Below are positions 1-12,167 of a DNA stretch of 40,412 nucleotides, piece after piece (within the stretch, counting starts at the first letter, position 1; the number at the start of each line of letters is the position of its first letter). The position numbers and the translations under genes were made by a program. The stretch lies in contig NMRA01001203.1 in the NCBI GenBank assembly GCA_002633005.1, positions 1 through 40,412 of the forward strand. The letters run 5' to 3'. This stretch comes from Phoronis australis (Eukaryota > Animalia > Phoronida). Below the pieces are notes generated by a model. That model saw only the letters and a list, made by a program, of their open reading frames with translations, did no database searches and was not told where the DNA came from.

Positions 1-23
1 GAAAACTTCAAAATAACAACTTA

Positions 24-1429
24 CCGTATTCGCCGTAATAACCGCCCAGGGCGCTTAGAAAAGTTCGGTTCAGGGGAGGCGCTTATTATAACCCAGGGCG
101 ATTGAAACCCGGTCTCCAAAACGGGTGAAATCGGAAGCTAAGATTCATCAAATTTATGCTCTGTGACGTATATCTAATCAATGAAAGACTTTCAACAAAA
201 CTGTGGTGCATTACTACCAAACTTTACTGCTAAATTACGATCATGTTACAGAAAATTGTGCTGAAATCCCAGGGCGAAAACTCGCCGACTGACTGCCTCG
301 AAATCGCCGCCTTCGATATGGTGACTTCAATGCTTGAATAAAGTTTTTTTCGACTCAAGCAGATTACCTGAAATCCTCATTAAATTTTATAAGTAGCATC
401 TCCAAGATTTTTTAAGTTCTCGTGGAGTCTGGATTAACGGCAGGTTTAAGTACAAATCTGTGCAACATAGTGCCATCTACATGTATGATCGGCAACACGG
501 CGAGAAAAATGTCTGGACGAACACACATGTTGTTGTCACGTGACATTTGTTTTGAAGTTCGTCTGCGAGTAAGCGAGCGCGTGCGTGTCGCCAGAGTTCA
601 TTTGCCAAAGCAGAGACCGTCTTTTGACCAGAGCCACGCAATCTAACTAGCTAGATGTGTCTAAAGAAATTTGCACAAGCAGTAGGCTTAAACCAGAGTG
701 TGTTTCATTCAGCACTTGCCGGTCTCGTGCTAAAAACGTTCGACATTTGTCTCGGTAAGGCCCATATTAGTGGCCGTGTAGCTGGATGCGTACGTAACTA
801 TTTAACAGTTATTTTTCGGTGTAAGGGTGTGTAAGCATTCACTGTCAGTTGTCATTTTATCGGATATTCGGCTTTAAAACACCAATTATGGTTAATCAAA
901 CAATCCATCTCAAAAATAACGCAAACATGTTTTATAGTATTAGAAATTGTCGGAAATTGGTGCCAATATTCATTTCTTATCGATGCTATGCTACCCGTTT
1001 CATGAATGGATAGTTCCCAACTGTCTTTGATGACAGGTTCATGGATGTAGCGCGCGCTTCCTGGCCACGTGCGTTTAACACCGAGTTATTTTTATTCATG
1101 AGACAGTCGATGTGTACTGAAAGGTCAGACCATAGTGGGACGCGGTCGTCGCGAGAGCGTAGCAACGCTGTTGCGTTCTTTTTGAAGCGCTGCGTTACTT
1201 TGAAGTGTAAAGTCACGGCTAAATACAAACGTAGCAGTGCCGCTTGTGGTCTAGAAGACCCATGCAAAATTTTTTGATAAATTGAAGACGCTGTAGCCGA
1301 ATTTTAGGACTGTAGGTACGTCATTGTTTGCATGTACACGTTCATGGACTGGGCGCTTATTTCTGCAAAATCTGAAAATGCGTGGGGGGGCGCTTATAGG
1401 GGCATGGGCGGTTATTACGGCGAATACGG
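24..1429. mobile_element. Non-autonomous Tc2/pogo-like (Tc1/mariner superfamily) DNA transposon
   Basis: Perfect 25-bp TIR CCGTATTCGCCGTAATAACCGCCCA (24-48; reverse complement 1405-1429), flanked by TA at 22-23 and 1430-1431. CCGTA ends with a TA duplication are typical of Tc2-like elements. No transposase ORF seen. Confidence 0.88.
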
Positions 1430-1929
1430 TATACCAAATATCTTGCTTGACAACCAAACTAACAGGTCAGAAAACCCAACAGAATAATATCTGACTTGAC
1501 TGAAAAATAGAGGCTTTACAATGCAAAATAACTAACTTGAGCCTCAAACAAGCTCCTAATTCCAAGGTCAGACCAGCAAAAACTTCAAAAGTCTCAAATA
1601 CCTACATAAGCCTGAGTTTTAAAACAAAAAGTGCTAGGAATAATTCACAAGGCTTATTAGAAAATTACTATGTATAATAACTTGAATAATTCACCGAGTA
1701 ATTGGACTTCTGCAACTTTGAACATGGAACTTAAACTTTAGATACTTAAAACGCAAACTTAAGGTCAAAAACAAAAGATGAAGAATCTCACTGAGCATGC
1801 CCAAACTAGACGCCAGTCAACAGAGACACGTATTGGCAGAAACTCTATTCAATGTAAACGAACACTAATAGAATCTACTGTTCTCCAGTAACAATCCCAT
1901 TTGGTAAACAGTAATTTATATTTGAATCA

Positions 1930-2720
1930 AATGGAATTGTTTTTTGTGGTACCTTGAATATATGAGCTAGCTTCTTTTTGGGTGTCATTTTTTAGTTTCT
2001 AGCGGACCCTCTCCAGAGGACAGTTTGTCTGTCATGAGTCATTCAGTGTTCATTGCGGCATGATTGTTGATTTTAGTCAGTTTTAGCCAGTACCTCGAAT
2101 ATCCAATATAGCTCAACTTTTAATGACATACCGTGTTTGGGATTTTAGTTATTTCTGGCGGAGAGTATATTTTGTGTGTTATGGGGCATTTAGTGATCAT
2201 TGACATGAGTTGAATTACATGGATATGGAATTAGTTTCTCGTAGTACCTCGAATGTGTGAGCTAGCTCATTTTTGAGGAGTCATTTTTGGATTTTTAGCA
2301 GACCCTTTACAGAGTTCAATTTGTCTGTTATGGGTCATTCAGTTTTCAGTGCAGTACAATATTTATTGTTCATTTTAAATCAGTGGTAGGTGGTACCTTG
2401 AAAATATAATCTAGCTCAAATTCCCAATGCAATACGGCGATTCACATTTTTGGGGGTTTCTGGTGGGCACATCCCAGAATGTATTTTGTCTGTCATAGGG
2501 CACTTAGTGATCAGTGACATGCATTGAAATGTATGGAATTGGTTTTTTGTTGTACCTCGAATGTATGAGCTAGCTCACTTTTGGGGCACCCTTTTTAGAT
2601 TTCTTCCAGACTTATTCCAGAATACAATTTGTCTGTCATAGGTCATTAGGTGTTCAATACGGTATTTTTTCCATTTGAAATCAGTTTTGGCCGGTACCTC
2701 TAATGTCTAATCTAGCACAT
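1930..2720. repeat. Degenerate tandem repeat, ~150-bp subunits in a ~300-bp dimer
   Basis: GTACCT(C/T)GAA...TAGCTCA recurs near 1949, 2090, 2245, 2394, 2552 and 2694. Alternate units are more alike (GGAATT...GAGCTAGCT at ~1933, 2227, 2535). Confidence 0.75.
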
Positions 2721-2745
2721 TGCTGGCCCCTTGTAAGGTTACCAG

Positions 2746-3158
2746 TGGCCAGTTGCATGAAACAGTCCCAATAAGGACTCAACTAAGTTCCCCAAGTCTT
2801 TTGCGTATATTTGCTTTGTTCTTTATTTACAGATGTAATATTTTTATTGTGATCTCTTCTTTAAATAAAATGACAATTTCTAATAATAGAACTAAAAACT
2901 GTGCCCTTAACACGATCAGAATATTTAGGGACTTAAATTAGGGGTGTTGCATGATAAGATCTCAACTTATTTTCAATAATACTGAGAATTCAATGTAGAA
3001 TTCACCCTCGATTTGTATCAAAAACAAAAATGAACTTAGTACTGGGACTCAAACAGCATCAGAAAAGACGGCTCTTGTCTTCACAAGTCCACAAATACGC
3101 AGTAGATTTAGGGAACTTAGTTGAGTCCCTATTTGGGACTGTTTCATGCAACCGTGCA
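2746..3158. mobile_element. MITE, possibly PIF/Harbinger-type
   Basis: ~50-bp inverted ends (GTTGCATGAAACAGTCCCAATAAGGACTCAACTAAGTTCCC versus GGGAACTTAGTTGAGTCCCTATTTGGGACTGTTTCATGCAAC). CAG on both flanks (2743-2745, 3159-3161) is a candidate 3-bp TSD. The superfamily call is inference. Confidence 0.7.
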
Positions 3159-4555
3159 CAGGGGCCACACCCAGAGTGCAGACATATGCAGACATCTATT
3201 TCTCTATATACTGAAGTGGACTCGAAGTGCGCCTTTGGTCTGATGTTGGTACCTTGTTCATTTATGCTCTGGGCTACCAGTCTATAAGGATGTTTAACTC
3301 ATATTCCACATATGTAATGTTCTTACTAAAAAGTCCCGTAAATAATAATGTGACATAAAGGGTGAATTTGTTTTAATTGATGCCGAATGCTAATAGTTTT
3401 ACAGATAACACATCATCTATTCTGCCTTACCACTAAGCTCAATAATGCTTGGAGAAGGGTGTAACTGTCATCATACCAATGGTTTTCTCTGTGTGTAGTA
3501 GTTGAAGATGTTTAAAAATGTCCCTGATAAGTGTCACACAGTGATTCCAAAGCACCGAAATCATAAACAAGTTCGAACAAGGATAGAACAGATATATTAT
3601 GCATCAGCTGGCATCATGAACAATTATGAATCAACGAGACAATGACACGCACAATGGTACATAATTAGGCACACGGTAAACACTTGTCATGTTAAAGAAA
3701 GTATATCATCCTGGTAGAGTACAAAATACTGCAGAGTTCTAGTTCATGTTTCCAATAGTCCTCTACTATAATTGCATCAATGTCGAGTGAGCTGAGTCCA
3801 AAGTTCTGTTTCAGTCTATTACAACGCTATCGAAACGTGGACGTCACACAGCCATTTACACTTGACCAAATGTCTTAATACCACCATGTCGGGGTCTGAT
3901 CATTCTGCGTTCACGCCACTTTAGCTTCATGCCATCCAGTCGATAACTAGACCAATCTCTTATACTCTCAGACATGATTTTCTCCTGCGAAATCCACACC
4001 CCAACTCCCGGCTGGCCATCTCTGACAGCCCTCACCACAAGTTCCACATTTACAAATAACGTTAGCCTGTACTTCTACAGACTAGTGAATGAGGCTGACC
4101 CCTGGCCTCTCAAATCTCAACAGGAACTAACTGTGCAAAAATCCAGCCTCTGGCTTTCATGTCTCAATAAACAACAACTGTACAATGCATCAGCTACACT
4201 GGACACCCTTTGCTTTAGTGTCACGTTTGTTGGCAGCAAATAATTTCACTGTTCTACAGTTAAACACCATGCACTGCCTAAGGTATGTTCATAAACAAAT
4301 ACATCAATATATCGATATTTTACAATTAGATGTTATTCACATTACATTTTAATAGTCTGCAAATGCCAGTTTTGTGTTGTAACTAAATGATTTGAAACTG
4401 GTGTTGTTGTTTATAGGTTTGGTATAATTGCCAAATCTACAAAAGAAAATTTCATTCACATCAACATTTTGTGGTGTGGGAAAATCGTTTTAGTTTGCCA
4501 CCCATTTTTATGAGGGCTTGTGATCTGATAAAATAAGCCATATATACTCATTTAG

Positions 4556-4629
4556 GTGTTCAGCAACTTGATAAGAAGGAGGCATGGGTTGTGGATATGG
4601 ATGATGAGTTTGGAGGTACTACTCAGTTG
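4556..4629 (+). CDS. EXOC2: EXOC2/Sec5 internal exon (first visible in window)
   Basis: tttag acceptor, gtaagt donor, starts in phase 1. Encodes VQQLDKKEAWVVDMDDEFGGTTQL, resembling recalled human [20 protein letters not shown]. Confidence 0.85.
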
Positions 4630-5205
4630 GTAAGTATAAACAGCTTTGCGAACTCCTTGCTGTTAGGGGTTAACCAGCTCTTTTATTTGTGGTGTACTCT
4701 GTGAATGCCTGGCTTTTGGTGACTCAGAGGTAAAATGCTACATGTCATGTATTAGTCAATGTAATAATGATACTGTCGGTTTGGGCTGGAGATAAAAGAT
4801 TTATGTAGGCTACTTGTTTTTAGACTCTGTAAGGGAGGTGACTGTATAAGGAATATAGTTTATAGAATCCCCTTGTATGTTTGTTGAGATCTTCTTTTAA
4901 GGGTTGTAGGGGTTAGTCTTTTGAAATTGACATGCAAGGTCAGTGAAACTATTTTTTATAAACCTTGCTCTTAGTCATATTATCCCAGTTGCCTGTTTAA
5001 ATAAGTACAGTGTAGCAAAAGGTTTTATGTCCTTGGCTGAGAAGACAATTGTTTTATTACTCCTGATCATTTTGAATAACCAAGCCTGTAATGCCTATTA
5101 TGAACTAGATAGTTATAAACCTCGTGTTATAGTACTTAACACAGCTGTACACAGCCAACTGTGCTTGATCATTACTCATCATAAAAGATTTTTTATATGA
5201 ATTCA

Positions 5206-7587
5206 CCGTTAACGTTAGGGTTAACGCCCTGGGCGGTTAAATTGGCAAACCCAACAAATCGGGGGGTGGGTGGTTAACCAGACATGGGCGCTTAAACGTG
5301 AAATTTCAAGAAATCCAGGGTGGGCGGTTAACTGAACATGGGTGCTTATTATGACAGGCAACTGCCCTGGGTGGTTAATCTTACCTCCTGATCTAAGTCC
5401 CCACCATGTACTCGGAACGCGTAGCACTTTTCAAAGAGTGTTATCGTTACGTCGCCACATGATGGGAAAAAGGTCATAACAGCGGATGATCCCAAGAAAG
5501 GTTCTCTTGCCCTAGTCTATTAAATTTACAGAATTCCTGAGTAATAGCCCCGTGCCGTCCTGAGGTCTTGTTATTTTGCCCTGTAGAGTGCAGACGACCA
5601 GTCACCATGCAGCCTCTACTTGGTTTGCAACTGTTTCAAGATGTGACCTTGCTTAAGTGCATGCGTGCAAGCTTCACGTGTTGCAGAGGTCACAGCAGAT
5701 ATCAAATGTATGGTTACAGTCTCGTACTAGCAGCCAAGTTCGTAGTCAGAGAGCAGTTTTAAAATAAGTTGTAATAAAAGTTTGAAAAACTTAATTCAGA
5801 TGTTTTTTGTGTTTGGGATGTTTATAGTCGACACTCCGTGACTCAATAACATTTTCAGCGTATGGTTCTACGGCTAGCTGTTTTATCTCGACTGCCCGGC
5901 ATTACTCACTTGCCGTTGCGCCAAACATGCTCGGCAAAGAAGTAGGCCTAAGACAAGAAACGGGGTTAAGCGGCCGTGAGCCACACATCAATCAAGAATA
6001 AAATTTCGAGCCACGGCATAAATATGTGACAAAACGCCTTAAAACAGCGATGTTTCAATTCATTCTTAAACGATCACCTTACCAAACTTCCTGGTGGAAA
6101 AACAATATTTTTCATGCAAGATGTCGAGATTATCCTATTTATATCACTTGCAATATCGCACTGCGGCACTGTTCGGTCCCGCTGTTAGCGTGCAATGTCT
6201 CAGTTGGCTGACAATCGTGACTTGGAAATGCCTTCAAGTAATATAAAGGCCTCTTTCAATATACATCTCGTTTTTTAAGGCTAAAGATAGCGGCGGAATT
6301 CAGCACGCATGTGGGGCCTACGTGTGAGTCACCTGTCAATCACATGTGAAGGTAACATGCACCCCAAAGTGTGGGAACTTGCGCACCTGCATAAAGTCAC
6401 ACATCAAAATAGAATAGCTCTAAGTAACAAAAACGGGCGTGACTATGTACTTTTAAGCTGTTGTTACGAAAGACCCAGTTCATTACGATATTCCTCCGTT
6501 GCCAATGTTCCCCAAAACTACGATGTTAAGTCTATTCTGATATTTCCCGGCTCGATGCTCCCTGAGTCCATGCCCGTAGCTAGCTACGTGAATCTCCTAC
6601 CCACTATCGCCAATTTTCAGTCAGTCTACGCCGTAGATGTTTCAAACTCCATGGTAAGAATTTTTGTTCAGGCTGAAACTGGCCAATGTATAAACAAAAT
6701 TATTCTGGATGGCTAAAAAGGGATGTGGAAATGATCATACAGTCACGCTTATACATGGGGGCTGACGCAAGAAATAATAAAGAACAGCCAGCGGCATTAG
6801 TTAAATCTGCCAACGTCAGTTTGCCTGAGATGCGATAAGCGAAAAACAAAATTTGACTCGCAGTTTTTTATTAGCTCAAGATCATACACAAACATACATT
6901 ATTGTCAACCTTTGAATTCAGAAATCGATAGGCAGCAACGAAATCGGTAACCCGTAAAGCACTTGTACAGTCCCTTCGGTCGCCACACATCTTCTATAAC
7001 CCGGCAGTTACATTCATCAAAATATTGAGAATTTGACATCTTTCCGTGAGTTGTGAGATTTGTTCAAAATACGAGAGCTTCCCACCTTAATAGAATTTGG
7101 AGGGTTGGCAAAACCATTGTCACATTTCTCTGGCCTGATTTTTTTGAATACATGTTTTATCTAGTACACTGCAGACGGAAACTCAGCGCAGCAGACAAAG
7201 TCGCTGAAAACGGAGGTTTTGACGCCGGCGGCGTTCTTAAACTTTGCAAACATGGGAAGAAAATATAGTGAATGTTTAAGTATTATATTTTGAAGTGAGT
7301 CCATGTATTGTAATTCACATTGCTAAACCACCGTCTCGGAGGCGCTCGTGATCATCGATCTTTTTCTAAAAGTCAGGGAATCGCGCGTTTCCTAAGCACT
7401 GGGCACTAAATTTTCATTCTTTAAAAGTCGGGGATAGGCGCTTAACCGAGAGGTGGGCGCTGAACTGGAAATCTTCAAAAATCGCAGGGGGGCGCTTAGC
7501 TGAGCAGTGGGCGGTTAAATCGATAATCCACCTAAAGTAGGGGGTGGGCAGTTAACTGAGCATGGACGTTAACCCAAACGTTTACGG
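5206..7587. mobile_element. Non-autonomous Tc2-like element, copy A
   Basis: Imperfect TIR CCGTTAACGTTAGGGTTAACGCCC / GGACGTTAACCCAAACGTTTACGG. Subterminal GGGTGGGCGGTTAAC...CATGGGCGCTTA repeats. Homologous in reverse to 7992-11205. Flanked by CA on both sides. Confidence 0.85.
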
Positions 7588-7991
7588 CATATTAATCATT
7601 TGTATGAAATCATTTGAATGGTATGATATGATATAAATGATAAGAATTCATATTAAGAGTAAGACTATATATATCCCTGGGTTCCATTTAAATGATGATA
7701 ACATTAAATAAGATTCCTTTTGAACCAAAAAGATGTACATTGTCAGAGGTTGTCGGTGTACTGTCGTTTCGTCCATTTCTCATAGAGTTGGTTCATTACC
7801 AGTCTCCGCCCTCTCTATGTATGCAGCAGACCAGAAGTTGTGACAAATCTTTTTTCACGTGGTCACAGAACTATCATGGCACAGTCACTGCCTTTCAAGT
7901 GTATGTTACATCGTAGCCATGCAAAACTTAGCTTATGACCGTGCAATCTACAAAGACTGGAACGTTAAAAAATATTATTGAACAGATCTTA

Positions 7992-10900
7992 CCGTAAACG
8001 TTCGGGTTGACGCTCATACTCACTTAACCGCCCAACCCCTAGTTTAGGTGGATTTTCGATTTAAGTGCCCACTGCTCGGTTAAGCGCCCCTCTGCGATTT
8101 TTGAAGATTTCCAAGTTAAGCGCCCATCTCTCGATTAAGCGCCCATCCTGGACTTTGAAGATTGAAAATTTAGCGCCCAGTGCTAAAGAAATGCTGGATT
8201 CCCCGACTTTTAGATCAATGATCACAATGAGTGCAACGACGGCCTCGGAGCCGGCAGTTTGGCAATGTCAATTATAGTACAAGTAACAAATTGTCCCGAG
8301 TCATGGATTTACTTCAAAATATTATTCTTGAACGTTTTTGTCACTTTATCTTCTTCCCATGTTCACAAAGTTGAACAATCCCGCCGCCCTTAATACCTCC
8401 GCTTTTAGCAATGTGGTCTCCCGCACTGAGTTTTTGTCTGCAGTGCACTAGATAAAACATGTAGTCAAAAAATCAGGCCAGAGATATGTGGCAGTGGCTT
8501 GCCAAGCCTTCCAATTCGCCTTAGGTGGGAAGCTCTCGCATTTTGAAGATTTCCCATAACTCACGGAGAGAGGTCAAATTCTCCCTATTTTGATGAATGT
8601 AATTGCCAGGTTATCGATGTTTTGTGGCGACCAAATGGACAGTGTGCCTCACCGACTTGCTGTCTTTTGATTTCTATATTCAAAGGTTTGCAATACGTTA
8701 CTGGATATTTGTGTATCATCTTGAAGTAATAAAAAACTGCAAGTCAAATTTTGTTATTCGCTTATATCTGGCGTTAGAAGATTTCGCCAATGTCTCTGGC
8801 GGTTCATTATAATACAATTTCTTGCAACAACGACCCCCGCCTAGGCGTGACTGTGAGTTATCGTATCCACCTACCCGTTTTAGGTTTTGGAATACCGAAC
8901 TCGTCCGGGTTACCACCCATGCTCGGCTTACTGCCCACCCTGAAATTTTCAATTTTTCAATTTTAAGCACCCATGTTCGGCTTACCGCCCACCCCTTTTT
9001 TTATTATTGAGACCTCCTTAAAAGTGTGCTTTTGTGAACGTTCGTCTCGCAAAACTAAGATTTCAAAACGTGCGCAACTCGCTTACCTTTCAATGACGAT
9101 GAATCAGTTTTAGGGGAATCGGGAACTTGCCTTACTATGGCGGAACTTGACAAGAATTTCAAGTCCGCGGACTACCTTTCTGGATTTCCCGTGACAGTAC
9201 ATGAAACATAACCACCCTGAGCAATGAAGTAAAAAAAACACTACCACACTCGGCTGGTACATGACCAACGATTTTGAAAACTCCACCGACACTATTTTGG
9301 AGGCATTGTTTTGAATACAAGCAGATACGGGCCGTTGTTCCGTGTCTTCGTTAAACGCGTGTTTTTAATGACTCACTCCTGACACCAAAATGGAAGTGCC
9401 CAACCAAAAGCAACAGCACAAGAAATCAACTTGAAATCAAGCGCAACTCGAACATTCTATCCACATCTACGTGGTCAAAAACTTTTTTTGAACTCTTGGT
9501 TTGCCTGTTGACTTTTTACGTGATGTGTTTTTGCTTTTTTACACCATGTTTTGCTTCATTACTTTCGCAGCCGACAGACCACCCCTATTGCCTAATAATA
9601 GTACCATCCGATTGTTGAGCATGTGCTTTGAACAAATTCGGAGAGGTCGGTGTTGGCTGTTCAACACAGAAAGAAATATATAATGTATGTAAAATGTTAC
9701 ATTGTTCAAACTACTAGGTTTAAAGTGTTAAGAAGAAAGCCCGGCTGTCAATCATTAGCACGTGTTAGGTTGCCAAAGTAAATAGAGGTAGCATATCTGT
9801 ACAAAATCACCTGCTTCCCGTAGCAATACTTGACGATCTAGCGTAGTCTTGCGTTATCTTACTTTTCTCTCAAGAAACTTGGCCTACTGAAGGCACGTCT
9901 ATCTGTAAGAACACCTCAGTTCCAAGACATAACGAGTAGCGACCGAGGTACGTAAAATCCAATCATGCTCGGGATCACGGTGTCACTGGCGTGCGCGCTA
10001 TTCCACTTCAGGCCATCGAAGTCCGTTCCTTCAATCTGCCTACGTGTATTTTAACTGGCATGATTGAAGACACTGTAGCTCCATAAGGGTAAAATCGGTC
10101 CTTTGTGCAGCAAGCACCCACTCCCGATTTTTCAAAAATTTCAATTTTAACCGCCCATGCTTGGCTTACCGCCCACCCCCTGGTTTTTAGATTCCCAATT
10201 TAAGCGCCCTGGGCAGTAACCCGCACGAGTACTGTAGTTTTCTTTCTACATTGGCCAGTTTCAGCCTGAACAAAATTCTTACCATTCGACTCTGAAATAT
10301 CTACGATGTAGACTGACTGAAACTTGGCGACTGTGGTGATGACGTGCACGCAGTTAGTAAAATAAAATCTTTCCCCAGTCATAGTGTGTTTTGTAAAATA
10401 AAATCTTTAGCAAATGCTAGTTTTTGAGTAATGCCATTGCGGTAACTTTTGATTGACGACTGGCTCATGTCTGCTTACCCCCGATTCTCATGCATGGCAT
10501 TTTTCACGCAACTGGAAGTGAGCAACGCCGGGCGGTCAAGACAAAACAGCTAGCCGCAGAACCATACGTTACGGAAAATGTCATTGAGTCACCGAGTCTT
10601 TAACGTAAACATCCCAAATACACAAAGAACAACTTGATTAGTTTTTCAAACTTTTATTACATCAAATTTTAAAAGTGCTCTCTAATTTGGAACTTGACAG
10701 CATAAATTTGATGTCTGCTATGACCTCTGCAACACGTGAAGCTCGCACTCACACGCTTCTGCAGTGTCATAGCGTGAGAATAGTCGTAATCCAAGTTTTT
10801 GTCACTGGTCGTCTACACATTAACACTACATCTCTAATAAGATCGCAGGGCGGCACGGGGCTATTACTCACCAATTTTGTGAATTTAATTGTAAATAACT

Positions 10901-11205
10901 ATTCTGAGGACAAAAGAACATTTGCTGGTATGCCATTTTTACCAATATTTGGCGACGTAACGATGAAGCTCTTTGAAAAGTGCTACGCTTTCCGAGTACG
11001 TGTGTCGTGTGGGACTCACATTATAAGGTAAGATTAACCGACTAGGGCGGTTGTCTGTCGTAATAAGCACCCATGTTCGGTTAACCGCCCACCCCCAATT
11101 TCCTGAAATTTCACATTTAAGCGCCCATGTATGGTTAACCACCCACCCCCCAATTTTTGGGTTTGCCAATTTAACCACCCAGGGCGTTAACCCAAACATA
11201 TACGG
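7992..11205. mobile_element. Non-autonomous Tc2-like element, copy B (inverted relative to copy A, interrupted by a nested element)
   Basis: TA-CCGTAAACGTTCGGGTTGACGC ... GGGCGTTAACCCAAACATATACGG-TA. Internal blocks are reverse complements of copy A (e.g. 10250-10285 vs 6650-6690; 8445-8480 vs 7130-7170). Confidence 0.85.
8895..10234. mobile_element. Nested Tc2-like element inserted in copy B
   Basis: TA-CCGAACTCGTCCGGGTTACCACCC ... GGGCAGTAACCCGCACGAGTACTG-TA. The sequences either side are contiguous in copy A (~6700). Confidence 0.8.
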
Positions 11206-11609
11206 TATTACTCGTCCCAATATGGCGGGCAGTCTGAAAATTGCACAACTGTTTGAAACAGCGGAATCTGTAGTTTTTTCAAGAGCAGGCATTCCCTTAT
11301 CGGGATAAATTGGAGCTTCTCTAAAATTGAACTAGCTCAAAATTGGAAAAAATTAATATTTTTTTGACTGTCAGAAATCAGTTAGATTTTACCGTAAATG
11401 ATCAAGAGAGCTTTCCCATGAAGGATGTTATGAATGACAATCATATAATATCATCCTGTTGATCATTTAGTATCAGCCTGATATGAATTTATATCAACTA
11501 CAATAAGTGTGTAACAATTTTTATTTAGTTGTGCACCGCACTGTGTAATTCGTGTTGAGTCATAAAATTGGTCTCGCTCGTACATCCAGCAGTCATTCGT
11601 TATTTCCAG

Positions 11610-11693
11610 CCACTTTTGTTCGAAAACATAGTTAACGAAACGTTGCAACACTTACATGAAGTGGCGACAAAGCAGAAGCCAGGTGAAGTTGAG
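11610..11693 (+). CDS. EXOC2: EXOC2 exon
   Basis: ttccag acceptor, gtgagt donor, 84 nt, phase 0/0. Encodes PLLFENIVNETLQHLHEVATKQKPGEVE (cf. [27 protein letters not shown]). Confidence 0.9.
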
Positions 11694-12048
11694 GTGAGTC
11701 AAGTTCTGTTACCGATTGAAACCCAAAGAGATCCTTGTTGTGTGCTTATTGACACCGTCTTTGCTTGCTATCCAGATTTTGATACCAAAATGTTATTTGA
11801 AATTTGACTCTCATTGATTAGTTGCTGTGGATTCTTATTCATTGATTTTTTCCTTTTATATGTCGCCATCTTAGTTTCATCAGGTGGAAAATTTTCCAAA
11901 GGTGAATGTATGACATCATTTTGAAACTCTTTACCTTCACCATTCTCAACACGCGTAATGCATTGTGTAAATATCCACGTGGTCTGACGGCACTGTCAAT
12001 TGCCTGACTGTCAAAACCTTAAATGTCGGTACTGTTGTTTTCCATCAG

Positions 12049-12167
12049 ATCTTCAGCCAGCGCCCCATCCAGAAGATGGTAATAGAAATGTGTGTACAGC
12101 TACTGCGCTCCTTCCGACATTGTCTGGCAGTGCTGGCCTTCAAGCCTAGGGAACTGCCACAAACACT
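12049..12167 (+). CDS. EXOC2: EXOC2 exon
   Basis: catcag acceptor, gtatgt donor, 119 nt, phase 0/2. Encodes IFSQRPIQKMVIEMCVQLLRSFRHCLAVLAFKPRELPQT (cf. [33 protein letters not shown]). Confidence 0.88.

Noticed and set aside
3840-4290. Possible upstream EXOC2 exon (donor at 4283) or decayed LINE fragment (TLDQ, GSDH, DPW hints)
   Set aside because: The frame needed for a phase-1 join has a TAA just before the donor and no EXOC2 similarity. The LINE motifs are too short and scattered across frames to support a call.
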